Of a stretch of 64,000 nucleotides of DNA, positions 25,658 to 39,896 are shown piece by piece. The notes under the pieces were generated by a model. That model had not been told where the DNA came from. It ran no database searches and saw nothing but the letters and a program-made list of their open reading frames with translations. The DNA is taken from contig OZ360234.1 in assembly GCA_977017645.1 (NCBI GenBank), forward strand, positions 34,596,001 to 34,660,000, written 5' to 3'. Each line of letters opens with the position of its first letter. Position 1 is the stretch's first letter. Source of the DNA: Torpedo marmorata (lineage: Eukaryota). A program made the position numbers and the translations under genes.

Positions 25658-26253
25658 GCTTTCTCTACAGCGGAGAGACCGGTCGCAGATTGGGAGATCG
25701 CTTCGCTCAGCACCTCCGCTCCGTTCGCAACAACAGCAACCTCCCAGTGGCCAACCATTTCAATTCCGAGTCACACTCCCGCGCTCACATGTCCATCCAT
25801 GGCCTTGTGTACTATCCCACCCTGACCACCTGCAGATTGGAGGAACAACACGTTATTTTCCGTCTGGGCACTCTCCAGCCAGATGGCATGAACATTCACT
25901 TTACAGCTTTCCACTAAACCTGCTCGCCTTTTCTTTCCCCTCCCCCCTGTCCTGTCTTTCCAGTTCTTCCACCCACCCAGCCATCCCTCCTCCCCCTCAT
26001 TGCTGCTGTCCCTTCCCTCCTTTCTCCACCTATCATCTCCTGCCTTTGCCACCCCTTCCCCCCTTCCCCCCCACTCTTTTGTTCGGACGCCTGCCGGCAT
26101 TTCCTCATACTTTGATGAAGGGCTCAAGCCCGAAACATCGGTTATGTATCTTTACCTTTGCTACATAAAGGACACTGTTTGACCTGCTGAGCTTCTCCAG
26201 CAGTTTGTGTTTTTACTTCAACCACAGTGTCTACAGGTTTTTGTGATTTACTT
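25658..26253 (+). mobile_element. 5'-truncated Penelope-like element (GIY-YIG C-terminal half plus terminal repeat)
   Basis: GETGRRLGDRFAQHLRSV...LGTLQPDGMNI. Hammerhead motif at 26106-26146. Confidence 0.93.
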
Positions 26254-27984
26254 TATGCTTCAGTAGGAAATCATTCAGCAGACATGAAAAACATAAATGC
26301 CTAGTTTAATTTACCGGTAACAAGAATTTTCCAACCAGATATGCTCCCAGAATCCTTGTTCTGAACCAGATCACTCCACCTCAGTTTAGGATGGATATTT
26401 GCCCAAGCAAGCTGCTCAAGAAGAGGCTGACTCACCTAAGCCTGCTTCTCCTCAGTAATCATTGCAGCCTGTCAGATATTTGTATCACAGTACCCTTAGT
26501 GAATCAAGGTGCCCCACCAGGTCATAATAGATGAAACGCTGTGGCAGAAAGCGTGGTACCTGGTGTGAGCTCCCAAACATCATTCATTTCCTGTCTTGGA
26601 TCCCAATGCTCAGCTGCCTAGAATCGGCTGAGCGTACTAAGAGTGGAAAACAAAAACAGAAAATGTTGGAAATATAGTCGGGCAGCATCTATCGAGAAAA
26701 AAATAGGGTTAGTGTCTCACATTTGATAAAAGGGCTTTTACTTAAAAGGGTGACTTTCTCTTACTTCAGATGTTGACAATGGGGCTTCTTCATCCATTTC
26801 CAGATTGGTTAAGTCCCTTTGCAATTAGCCAACAGCACTGGTGTCTCCAAAATAACCCAGCCCGGATTTGTGATACCGACCAATGGCACAGACTCCAGAA
26901 GAGTGCCTGCTGACCTCATGATGATCATGATAATGAGTTTATTGTCATATACATTATACAATGTACATTAGCACTGAAATTCATACTTGCTGTAGCTGAA
27001 CAGGTACTTTGTAAAGAAAACATCTACAAAAACAACTATAATAGTATACTTAATTGAATTTAAAAGAGACAACAAATACAAAAAATATATAATAAATATT
27101 CATGATTATCCTAGTGCAAAAAAAGTGACTTCACAATAGTAAAGACAATCCTTTGTCCCTGATTTGTGTAACAAGGGAAGATTCAAAAGCCTGATGGCTG
27201 TTCGAAAGAAATTGTTCTTGAACCTGAAACAAATTCAATAGATGGTCAATGAATTACTGCTTGGCTTAGAATACTTACAAATTAACTGAATGAGTGTTAC
27301 AAAGAGAACAATAAAAGTTGAAGTTTGCACCTGGACTGTGCTAATCTACATTCTGCATAAAGGTACTGCTTCTAGTAACGTCACATGAAATAAAGGTAAT
27401 GAAACAAAAACATTAACTTTATTTCTCTCTGGAGTTGCTGCATGAACTACAGGGTTATGTCCAGAATTTTATGCTTTTTATTTCCCTCAAAAATCTAGTT
27501 CGCCCAAAGCCTGTTGTATGAGGTTTTTTTTTTCTCCTTATCGATATTTGTGTGATTCATCATTGCCTGGTCAGCAGACAATGACAACGTTGGTTACTTC
27601 CTTCCTGTTGAATAATATGCCTCACTTAGCAAACTCAATGCTTGCTGTGAAGCTGATCTCGGCAAGGACAATCAATAAAGAGACATCCTTGGCAGGATTT
27701 TGTTCCGCAGCAAGCCATTCCTCTTTATGCCATGATTTTATTTATTTTTGATACCCAAGGTTCAAAAATTAATTTGTTTAAAATACACCATCAGACACTT
27801 TACCAAAATAAAAGTAATTGTAAACCAGCAAATGAATATCCTAGGGCAGCCCTTTTGAAACTAAATCCTTACACGCAACTTAAACTAATGCATTCTGGCC
27901 ACAGAAGAAAAATAAATTTTGTTTTCAATTATTTTGACTTCCACATAAGATAAATGAGAAGCGATGGTCTTTTTGAATGTTACT

Positions 27985-28419
27985 GTGTTGCTGTGAATAG
28001 TGGTGGACAAGAATAAACTCCAGAGGGTTGTTAACTCAGCCTGACTCACAGGCACCAGACTTCACTCCATCGAGGACATCTACACGAGACGGTGTCTTAA
28101 AAAAGCAGCCTCTATCCTCAAAGACCCCCACCACCCAGGCCATGCCCTGTTCACTCTGCTACCATCGGGAAAAAGGTACAGGAGCCTAAAGTGGAGCACT
28201 CAACGGCACAAGGACAGCTTCTTCCCCGCTGCCATCAGATTCCTGAATAATCAATGAACCAAAGATACTGCCTTACTTTTCGTGCACTATTATTTAAATA
28301 TATTTTTTATAGTAATGTCGTAAGATGGTTATAATATGAATGTTTTCACTAATATGTCGCCGCAAAACATCGAATTTCATGACTTGTTCATGACAATAAA
28401 TTCTGATTCTGATTCTGAT
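27985..28419 (+). mobile_element. Rex1/Babar-type LINE 3' end
   Basis: Near-identical to 47430-47847, with a (TTCTGA)n tail. Confidence 0.9.
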
Positions 28420-29424
28420 ATTATTAATCCCCACCCTCCAATTCGGCTGTACCAAGAAAGAAGCTGCAGTAAAACAATTTCACACAGTATGTGAGCAAGT
28501 TCAATCACAGTATCAAACCCAATTGAGATCAGGTTATGAATGTGTGCAAATCATCAGCTGCACAACTACAGTTTTTAAGCTGGGACCATTAAATGTTTGC
28601 AGGTGTTTTTACACGTAAATCTATGTATCGTTTACCAATCTTCCTTGCACATCATTCTTTTTAGTCAATTATTTCTGGAAATAGTAACCATTGTAAATTA
28701 TGATGTCAATATTTACCATTCAATCTTGTTTGATTACAATTTAGTTGGAAGGCCTTGTGACTAGCTGTGAAATCAGTTTCTGGAATGTTTTACAACATAC
28801 TTGGATTTAGTGTGGAATTCGGTTACACTTCCCTTTACGCAGCACTCTACTACCAGCTGCGGCTAGAGAGTTGGGCGATTGATGGTTAGGGCTCAAATAG
28901 AGTGCCTTCTGTTGAATCTTCTGCCTGCCCTCTCCCTGTTCTTCATTTCCTGACTATCCACAACCACAATTGTTACTCCTCCCCACCCCCATATCCACCC
29001 CCACCCCCTCATTTCTTCTTCCCTGGTCTGCAGGTTTAGCACAGCTGCCCTTGCATATCAGATGGCAGTCATGCCACATTGCCAGAAGCTCTCCAACGTT
29101 GTTCTATCTGATATGTTATCCACATGCCCCCCTACACTACCCCATTCAGGGGTGCAAGATTCCACCCACCCTTTCCATTACCAGACTCCAATCTTCTATG
29201 TTTCTATTCTCCTGAGTTCCTTTCGTATTCCTCACCCTTGAGAAATCCGAACCTTCATTTTCAAGGGTCACCAGATGTCATTAATCTTCAGCTACACAGC
29301 ACTCTCCAACACTCCCTCCCCAATCAAAGACCATTCAATGGTTGCATACTCTGGAATCCTCTATTAGGGCACCTGTTCAGAGAATTGGACTTCCATAATA
29401 TGGCCCTTTCCATACATCCCAGCA

Positions 29425-29646
29425 CAAAGTGAAATACAAAAGTCTGCAGACGCAGTGATTGTAGTATAAATACAGAAATGCTGGAGGAACTCAGCAGGTA
29501 AACATTTAACCAATGTTTCGGGCATGAGCCCTTCTTCAAGGTATGGGCTCGAAGAAGGGCTCAGGCCCAAAACGTTGGTTAAATATGTTTACTTCCTATG
29601 GATGCTGCAAGGACTGCTGAGTTCCTCCAGCATTTCTGTGTTATTA
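29425..29646. mobile_element. Fold-back dimer of a Penelope terminal repeat, second subfamily
   Basis: Inverted arms around about 29545. TSD ATACATCCCAGCA (29412-29424 / 29647-29659). Confidence 0.85.
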
Positions 29647-32120
29647 ATACATCCCAGCATGCTTATTATACTCCCCTTTGTTCCCAAGGTTTCCCCTCAC
29701 AGTTTTATGCACTTTGACACTGTAGATAAATCCCACTGGATCCCACTGTGACATTCTAAGGCCTGTCAAAGGTGTTCTCCCAGATCCTTGCACTCCTGCA
29801 ATCCTCAGACAGTTCATGATCTCTCTGCTCAATACATCCAAAGGACAATGTTCCACAGTCTCCTCCCATTAGTCTCTGATCCCAAGTAGCAGCACATTTA
29901 ATCTCCCAGTACTACCGTCACTCCTCCATCATTCATTCCACATTCAATACTCCCAGTGATGAAGCCAAATTTCCAGATCCAAACATGCCCCTTGCCACCA
30001 TTCTTCCAGCACTTTCAAACTGCATGGTGCACACTCCACTTTGCTGCTCAGCTCCTACCAATCTGAAATTTGAGAACCACGTCATCATGATTTTCCTGTG
30101 CACCTAAGCAAAGTAATCCCTGGCAGAAAAGGCTGGAGGTGCACAGCAAATTAGGTATTTCCTATGATGAGAGGAATGTATACAACTTTTTAGTGTCCTC
30201 ATCTCTGTCAGAAAATAGAGATGTCATTGGTTTTAAGCAAGAACAAAGGCAATTAAGGCAGCAGATGAAAATATTAAGAGGAAAGGTCCATGTTAGGTTG
30301 GAAGGCAGGAAGGATTAAATAATAAAAAAGACTGATGGCACAAGATGGGACAACAAGGCAAGAGGGGACCAGAGCCAGGACTGTTACAGCAGCTCCGGAG
30401 GCCACACCAACGGGAGTATGACTAGAACAACTGTTGTGCTGGATTCCCATCAGGAAGCCAGCATTACTTTTGAGCTAAATTTTAAATTTGTTTTGCCTGT
30501 TATGTTAGAGTTAAATAATTCCATTCTCATGACCTTGTTACCTGTTGCGGTTTTCCGTGAACTTATTTTGGTAAACCTAAAATGGCGCCGAAGTGTGGCA
30601 CATAAAACGAAGCTTTTCACTATATCTCGGTACACATGACAATAAACAATTCAAGGATTTAAAGTGAGGTGATATGGAGGCTAGGAAAGGAACAAAAGAT
30701 GGTTCCAAAGCAGGTGTAAGTGGCAAGAGAAGATGAGCAATAATTATGGTCTGAAGTTAAAATAGTACCTGTAGTAGAAATTATCTGAAATTGTTGAGAT
30801 ACATATTGAGTGCTCGTGTATTTTTCAATAATTTCCTCAAACATCTGTTTAGCGTCGGAGTTGGAGGTCAAGGAGAGGGTGCTACTGGGATGAGGAGTTA
30901 TAATATTGAGGAGTAGAAGTTCAGATTCATATTAAAAAAAAGTCATGATACAGGAGGAGATCATTCACCCCATTGAGTTTGAGCTGGTAAAAAGGGGAGA
31001 AAGTGAATTACATTATTGAATTTACTATCATCAATAATCAGGATTAATAATTTAGAGCTTCTGATATGGACATAAAAATGGATTTTAAGCCTACAACTGT
31101 TCACTCCAAAACTGTAATTCAATTGTCTTGAAGTATTGAATGCAACATGAAGCAAAAGAATACATCTTCCAATTCTCATGAACAACGCCACAGGAGACAG
31201 ATAACTTCCAGGTCAACAACTAATAATGAATGGGTTATTGGCTGGAATTTAATCAAAGGTTTCATTTGAATTATATTAGAAGAATAGGTACACAACTGGT
31301 TCTTGCCTTGTATTGACTTCAAAAGCTTTTTACAGCTTCCTAATACAAGGAACTTATCAGAGTACCTGAAGAGAAAAGGGGACTGAAGAAGAACTAAATG
31401 ATTTATGGACATAACTGAAGATATGCTCAGATAGATCGTTTGAATTAAAGAGAAACCAAAAGTAAATGGATTTTGGAGGACAGTCCAGAGAAATATGCGA
31501 GATTGTAAAGAACAATCAAAAGTTCAGATAATAATTTAAAATTATCTGCAGTTTAGGATACAATAAAACAAATGTGTTTAATGTTATGGCAGTCATCCAG
31601 ATGAAACTACATTTGATTCACCACCAATAACAGTTGATGGCAATAAGATTAGTATAATTTGGTACTGCTGCTAAAAATCAACATCTAATCCTATCTGGCA
31701 GACCATTCACTACAAGAAGGTATGCATGCAGAAATATCAATTGAGGACAGGACTTGACTTGCCACTGAGCCCACACAGGCAAATGAACTGCAATTACTTG
31801 CTCTCCAGACTCACCCATGAAAAGGGACACTTAGCTGTGTTATTATGCACTTTTTACATTCATAGAACCTTGCTGCACTTTGAATCATGCCGAGAGGAGA
31901 AGAAAGAAGACTATGAAGGGAGGAGGAACATTGCATGAAATTTGAAACTTAAAACATCCTTTGCTCAAAATAGGATCAGATCCCTCATCCTCTTCCTCTG
32001 AAAAGAGAGCAGCTGTCGGCAACAGGCTGCTGTATTTTAATGAAGAGATTATCGAACAATTCAGGTTAGCTCCAGAATAACAGGAGAAATCTGAAAGAAT
32101 TTATTTTTCTCTCTAGTTTT

Positions 32121-32352
32121 CAGCCATTCTCAACAGGGGCCAATACACACCCCACTTCCCCCTCTGGGGGCCACAATACATTTAAGGGAGCCACGGACTG
32201 AAATAAAAAAATATTTTAATGTTTTTTATGCAGTTAGTAGGAGAGAAGAACAGAAGAAACCAACTAAACGATTGCTTCACACGGAAGTGGGCCGATAAAC
32301 TTTGAACAGAGTCCTAAGGGGGCTATATCCAAAAAAAAGTTGAGAATGGCTG
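32121..32352. mobile_element. hAT-type MITE, different family
   Basis: 14 bp TIR CAGCCATTCTCAAC / GTTGAGAATGGCTG with degenerate CTCTAGTT / CTCTTGTT flanks. Confidence 0.75.
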
Positions 32353-32899
32353 CTCTTGTTCTTTGCACATCGAACACTCCGCTCTAATACAACATAATTT
32401 CTCAAAAGGTTCATTCCCCTTGCCTAATGGTTTAAGAAATGTCTGTTTAGACACACGGTCTCATCTACCCATTCAAATAACCATAGTCTCTGCACATTGT
32501 TGTAGAAAAAAGGAAATATAAAGGCAAGATTGCAAACTATGCCCTCAATTTCTGGCACCAGTTGTTTGTTCAGGCTATTCAGAGATAAGTTTACATTGCT
32601 GTGGTCCATCTTTTTCCTTGCCAACAGTCTGAGTGCTTGGCTGAGACAGATCCAAGTTCATATCTGATGCCTTACAGTTACTGTTACAATTTGACAAGAG
32701 AATAGTAATTGAGCTCCAGTGCTGAATTACATCTTTGGCACAATGGGCAAGTATCCGGCACACTAGGATTTTTTTTTTGTGAGTTCATTATAAATATAAC
32801 AACATATTTAACTGTTTCTTTGCATTAATTATATTAATGAATTTCCTGCATGCTGAATGCAGCATTTCAACACATATGACAGCAAAAAATGACAACAAA

Positions 32900-34620
32900 A
32901 ACATGTTTTGATCACACCAATAACATATTATAAAGAATCAAGGCACCTTCCAGGGTGTCAATAAACAAAGCATTGATATTGGAGTAAATCATGGTTTTAA
33001 GGAGAATCTTGGAGGAAGAAACGAGAGGTGGAGAGTTTTAGGAAGGGACTTGGGAAGAGTTTAAAATGGTTGCAAATGTAGGCATAACTTCTCGGTAGAG
33101 TACTTGAAACTGGGGATGTTTATCTTACAGATTAGAGGGTTGCAAGTATCTTAAAATGTTCAAGATTATTACAAATTTAAAGTGGAGCAACTTTGCTTAA
33201 CTGGGAGTCAAAGTAGGACCAGTGAGGACAGGGATGGTGTTTAAACAGTTAAAACATGGTGAGATTTAGGATATATGTAGCTCAAGTTTACAGAGAGTAG
33301 AACAAGAAAGATTGGCCAGGACTGGATTTTAATTATTAAGTCCAGAGGCAGCAAAGGTGAAGTCTTTTAGCATCTGGTTGGGGCAATCAAATAATGTTAT
33401 TAAGTTGGAAATAGACTGTGTTATTATGCAGTATATGGTTCAAAGCTTAACTGGAGGTCAAACATGACAGCAATCTGGTTCACCCTCAGTCAGCAGACAG
33501 TAAGTGGAACAGAGTATGTGGTGCAAACCAAAAATAATCCATCTTTCCACCTTTTAGTTAGTGGAAGTTTTCCCAAATTGAATAATAAATATTGAATTAG
33601 CAGTAAAAACACATCAGTGACAGTGGGTCAAGGGATTTAGTGATGAATTGCAACAGGGTCTTGTCAGTGTACATATGGAAACTAACCATGCTTTTGGGTA
33701 ATATCTCCAAGGAGCAGTATGTTAATGTGAAATAGAAGGCCAAGGATACATGCGTATGGGACTTAGAGGTAATGATGCAGTTGCAGAAAGATAAATCATT
33801 CTGACAATGAATGGATAGAGAATAGAACTCGGTGATTGTAGTCTCACCCAGCTGAACAATGGTCAGACTCATTGAAGAACAATGGCATTGTCACCCGTGT
33901 CAAATAGGATCAGGAGGAATCTTACCATTGCCCTGTGATCATTTATGATTTTGACAACAATCCATTCCGTATGGTGTAGCATAATTGGAGGGAAACACAG
34001 GTGTGGCAATATATTAATGAACTGGAGAGGTTGGAGGTGAAGCAATAGTTTTCAAGGATGTTGGGAAGGGGGGGGGGTCAAGATTTTTTTAAGGAGAGAA
34101 ATGTTGACAAAAACTTAGGGAGGTCAGTACTCAGTGAAAGAGAACCATTAACATCAAGTAACATGAAAGCCAGGAAGGGATATTTGAATGCAAGCAGTTT
34201 GGTAGGAATAGGGTTAAAGGAGTATTGGGTGGGTCAGATGGACAAGGTTAGCTCAGTGAGGGCATGAGAGAAGATAAGGAAAACAAGAATATGCAAGTTC
34301 TGAACTAAACCAGAGCTAGGGTGGGGGAAAGAGGTCACTGAGACTCTTAAAGGAACTTCATTCCAGTAGGCTAGGAAAAGGGTAAACAATAGAGTGTTTT
34401 GGATGATCTCAATCTTGGAGACAATGAAGTCCATGAGCACTTCTTATTGAAGGCAAGCTTGGTAAATACAAGACTGAGAGGGGATTAGAAGGTAGCTTGC
34501 AGTTAAGTCACAGTCAAGGGATTTCTTTGCATCTGAGGATGGCCCTGCTACACTGAACAGTTTTGACCAATAACACTGGCTTCTTATGCAAATGAAGCAG
34601 GTGGTAAATTGCAAAATCAT
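32900..34620 (-). mobile_element. Ancient L2-like LINE remnant
   Basis: Purine-rich plus strand with L2-like motifs (GGAGAGGTTGGAGG, GGCCAAGGATA, TTGTCAGTGTACAT). No ORF. Confidence 0.4.
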
Positions 34621-36463
34621 TGGCCTGCCACATTTATTCAAATTTGACTTCAGGTAACCACAATGTAAGCTATATCTGTCTGAATTCAGCCAGGATATAA
34701 GTAATAGTTTGAATGAATACTACGGCATCAAGAGTGAGGATGAGGGTGTGGTTAAACAGATCAGTACCTACAGCTGTTGTAGTGAATGAAGAGCCAAAGC
34801 CTCTACAAACAAGCAAAGGAAAATATTGTTTCTAAATCCAAATTTTACACGATTGATTTATCATCCAGTTATCCACAGCATGGACATATTTGGTGAGTAT
34901 TTTTCAAATAAAATTTTCCAATTAGCACCCTTGGATTCATGCTGCCAGTAACTCAGCTACTCAGAGGGATATAGTAATGATTTTAGTCACTATAAACGTG
35001 GGAAAGAGATGTCTTTCTCTGTGTTAAATGAGCTGCTGGCAAAGACCAGGAATTACACATTTGTTTATAGTGCAAGAACACCAATGGCATACCTCTTGAC
35101 AACAGAGGGACAACATCCCTTCTTGGCATCGTTCCTTATAAAACAAGATTGCAGAAGTTCTGAGTATCTTTGATTCTCAAATCCACAATATCAAATCAGG
35201 GGCAAAGATTGTCTGGTTGGAGACACAAAAGACTGCAGATGCTGGCCTCTGGATTTAAAAAAAATCTACTACAGGATCTCAGCAACACCTGTGGTGGGGA
35301 AAAGGAATTGTTGACTTTCTGGGTTGAAACTCTTCAAGACAGATCATGGACATGACATGTTTAGTGGGAATTGATAATATGATAAAAAATAATTTTGCTC
35401 ATTTATTGAGCTTAGTGCATAGTGTTAGAGCAATGAAAAAGAGGTTTTACTGTGCAGGCAAAGCTATTTTCATTTTTGTATTGCTTGAATTTTGACAGAT
35501 ATCAACTGCAGATATCCACTATTAGTTGCTTCTAAAATCCACTATAATGATGGCAGACTGATATTTGTGTTCAAGACTGTACAATTCTGTCATCAGGAAA
35601 ATAAAATCTGATTCTGTAGCATAGATACTCTTACTTAAGACTTCTGAAAAATTAGTGTACTCTAACTGGTTTTATATCTGCAATTAGGTCCTTCATAAAT
35701 GTAAAGTGCAAACATTCGTGAATTGACTCTTGTCATTTGTGTACTCACTCATTCGCTCACTCCTGAGCTAGGCCAAAAGACATCTTCTGAAATAGGCATT
35801 TAATTACAGGTATTGCCACATTGTATCCCCAATGATCAGTACCCTTCATATTGGATTCCATAATTGACATCCACCAGTTGCACCCAGAGGCTGTTATATT
35901 ATTTACAGGATATGATGCATAAACTCAACATGTTTATTTCAGTACCTCCAGTATCTTCCATTGAGAAGAGTGAGATTAGCAAGGTCATATGGTGATCATG
36001 ATAAATAAATAATTAATTATTTATTCCTTAATAATGACTGCTTCAAAATCCTCATCTAAAAATTAAGAACAATTTCAGCATTGCTATGATTGATTCAAGA
36101 TGAAGGCCACCACCAGTTTAGCACAATTATGGATAGGTCATACATGTTGCTCTTAAGATTACCTGATCAGTTCATTCCTTATTCTACATCCTACTCAACA
36201 TTTAGAAAAAAAAATCCATTGTTTCAGTTGGATTGTCCACAATGTTGAATTCACACACATGAAAGGATGCTAAAGGCTTAAAACAACCCTTTTGTACATC
36301 CCTTCTGAAGAAACCTCTGGGATTCTGCAGTTTAATATCTCACAGTGGGAAGATAAAAAGTCTGCATGCTCATATACCACTACTAAGGCAAACTTTACTG
36401 CAGCCACAGAATAAAACAACCAAAGCAATTTAATTTGAAAATTAATATATTTCTATTTTATAC

Positions 36464-36469
36464 CTTTAT
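36464..36469 (-). terminator. Candidate polyadenylation signal of the Sprouty transcript
   Basis: AATAAA on the minus strand, followed about 30-50 nt downstream by GU-rich TTGCTTTGGTTGTTTT, at the edge of the TE-poor zone. Confidence 0.45.
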
Positions 36470-39400
36470 TCAGCTCTGTAGTGCCACCCTTACATTTTTT
36501 GCAGCAAGTTCTGTACAGTTTTTTTTTTCTAAAGGGTGTTGTGTTTAAATAAATATCTTATAAAATAAAACTTCAAATAAATATTCAGGCTAATCAACAT
36601 AATGGTAAAACATAAAAGAATCAGTAACTTTTGATATACAGGATGCCAATTGTACCTAAGCAATGCAATAATTGGAATTTGTATATAGGGTAATAGAGCC
36701 TGATGTTAGCAGGAGACGGAGTCAGACATTCACCTGAATGTACAATGTACCAATAACCGGAGTCCTTCCTTCATATGGCACCATTCACAGTATTAATAAT
36801 ATTGTATATACAAAAATATATCAAAGTAACTATAACAAAGAGTAGGCTCTTGCCATGTTCACAGCCCAAAGAAAGCGAGAAAATGCTTGTGAACATAACG
36901 TCTGTTCAGATCTCTCCAAAACGTGCCAGTGTTTCCTCATCTTACTGCATCGAGATCCAGATTGTATGTGATCCGATAGGTGCTCCAGACATCCAGGCAA
37001 TAAAGTGTCACTGCATTATAGTCCAAAATAAATGTGTTCTCTTCCGGATCCCCACGTAGACTCTGTATGGCTTATTCAAACTAATTTCAGTCCTCTCATG
37101 AAATGATTTGTCGGCAGAGGGCAGACCCCTCACCATTGCATAATTGTCAACCTTTTACAAAAACCTGGCTTTTCAGATTGCCAAACTGCTTCTAGGAAAA
37201 CCATGTTGACATAATGCAAATTCTGTAGCAAATGTAATGATATGCCAGTTAAAGTGAATGACTGTGGATGAATATTCTATATTTTCAATGTTTATGTAAC
37301 AAGTATATTTTTGTAAAAGAAAAAGCCTCCAGGAAAACTCTAACCTTACCATGATGTAATCATAAGGTAATACACCCCTAACTTCTGTGCTCAATATGGG
37401 CCAGTTTGTATTATGAATGTAATCACCATTATAGTTTCAATTTGCACAGATGTCAATAACCCAATAATGTACATGCTTAAAAAAATCAAATATATAATTT
37501 AAGAAACCGTTTTGATCAGGGACATGAGAGAACAGGGAGTTGCAATTTTTAGATACACCTTTACTGTTCTCACCACAGACTTCACTCTAAAAGGGCAGGC
37601 CTTCCCTCGCGACAGCCAAAAGGACTTGCTCTTTGAATTATTTAATACTCTCTACATAAAAACCAATTGTGAACAATCACAGGCCTTTCAAGGACAATCC
37701 CGATGACGATATCCTCATTGAACAAACCGTCTGCTTGGTTGGACTGGAAGCCCCAAAGCTCCTGTGCAACTATGCTGGTGGCACCTCACTTCCCATATGC
37801 TTTCCGATTGTACATGCCTTAGCAGTCATAAAGATTTTTGATGTCCATGGCTGCCTTCTTCAAACAAGAGCTCCCACAGCCTCCAACCCGTGCCCCATTG
37901 CAAAGAAATTTTTAATTATATAAAATTGAAATCTTACTGGAATTTGATGGAGATCTATGCAAGATCACTATTCTACGTAGATGACGGTTTCATTCTTTAT
38001 ATTTCAGGTTTGGCAGTTTGGAAAGAAGCACAAAAATAACTAATTCTGAACCATCAAACGAAAAAGAATACATGACTAAACATGGTGACTGCTCTTTTGA
38101 AATGCAAGGCCAAAGGTCAAGTTCATTTGATCTCATTATGAAAAAAAAGACAAAATTAACATTTGCAATCTCAGGTTGTTTCCCTATAATAGTGATGCAA
38201 TTTAAAGGTGTAAAATACTGAATGGAATTCAATAAGGATAATATTAAATTGAGTTTTACAGTGAACAACGATGCAGTAAAGATGTTATAACCTTGAAATG
38301 ATTTTAAGTGATTAGGTTAATCTCTTAATAATAGTAGCGAAGCATAGTCCTAATAACTAATAATATAACGAGTATAACTATAATTTTATGAAAGAGATAG
38401 TATTTGAGCGCAATTTTAGGAGGACAGAAACAGATTATAATTTGTGCATGGATTAATTTATACGGCTCTCAGTAGAATTACAAGTAGCAGGCTGAGCCGT
38501 TTTTTAAACGTAGTTTCATATTTCAAGGTGGGGGTGTGGGTGGATTAACCAGGCTGCCCGTGAATGTGGCTGGTCTGAAGTCGAAAATCGAGGACACCGT
38601 GCTTCACAGCAAAAGTAGCCTCGTTAACATGTGCTTCACAGCAAGTGGCACATCGGCTTCTGTGACACAGTGTGGTTTGACTTGCACCTCCCATCCACCC
38701 AGGACCAAGGCCCTTTTTGCACGCCTTCCTGCTTGCCACGAAGGAAGCCCTATTGCAGGGGCGAAGGGAAGCACTGGTCAGAGCACGGATCCAGGTATAC
38801 CTTCAACGTGGCAAAAAAAAGTGTGCCTCACGTTGAAAAATACGCCACCTTCGGCATAAAAAAGTCCCACACCGACCATCTCAATCCATCCGCTGCTTGC
38901 ATACACACTGATTGCCAAGTTTCCACCCATATGAAGCCCACGTAGTTCGGGGGGGGGGGGGGGGGAAACAAAGTGTTTCTTCTTAAAATCGCAAATCGGT
39001 TTAAAATGAATAGCAGCCCTACTTTAGAGGTCAGCATCACACCCAACCTTTTCAATCAACCTGAATCTACACAGAATCAAAACGGTTTCAAACAACCCCC
39101 ACCCCCGCTACCCCACCCACAATCCAAATGACAGCGGGATGCACAGATAATTATGTCAGTGACTGAGGAGAAAGGGAATTGTCAATGGAAGGAATCTTAT
39201 TTCTAAGCCTAAATATTTAATGCATTGACGGAAGACAAGTTGCATGGTTTTCCCATAAACTGAGTGGCTTACCGAGGAGATAACCATCTGACAGTGGGCT
39301 CGGTTCTGGGGTTTCTACATTGGGAGAAGCGAGAAAGAAGAAATAGTTTCCGTCCACCTCCAAGTCTTAGGACCTCAGAGATGGAAACCTATCAAGTGCA

Positions 39401-39896
39401 GGTGGCCATCCTTCGGTGCGAGGGGTGGGGATGAGGGAGGCGGGGGGTGGGGATGAGGGAGGCGGGTGGTGGACGGAGATCATTCAATTTCTTTCGGTTT
39501 GTATATTATAGATTTTTGACAGTGGGAATCACTTCAGAGTTTGACAGCATCAAAATGAACGAACTGGGCCTGCAAAGAACACAGGAAGAACCCACAAGAA
39601 GGTGCTTAACACAGAAGGGGATTAATGGTCCCTTTTCCCTGGGTAGATTTATAAACGCCCAAACTCCAAGATATTGATAGAACCATTTGATTTTCAGGAA
39701 GATGTTCTGAACTAACATCCTGCTGAGAGTCTACTCTCCACATACATGCCGACTTCTTTTGCGCGCACACACACGTGGCGGGGTAGTCTCAGTACGAGAA
39801 GTAATTCAATCTCTCTTGGAATGGAAGCTTTGGAGAATGTGCCTTGTGAATTTCCACAGGGTTAACATGAGTCGCGGTACAGGAAGAGTGTCTTGG

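Noticed and set aside
1-36000. Exons of neighbouring genes such as TMLHE or VAMP7
   Set aside because: No recognisable coding match was seen. Short exons could be missed without alignment.
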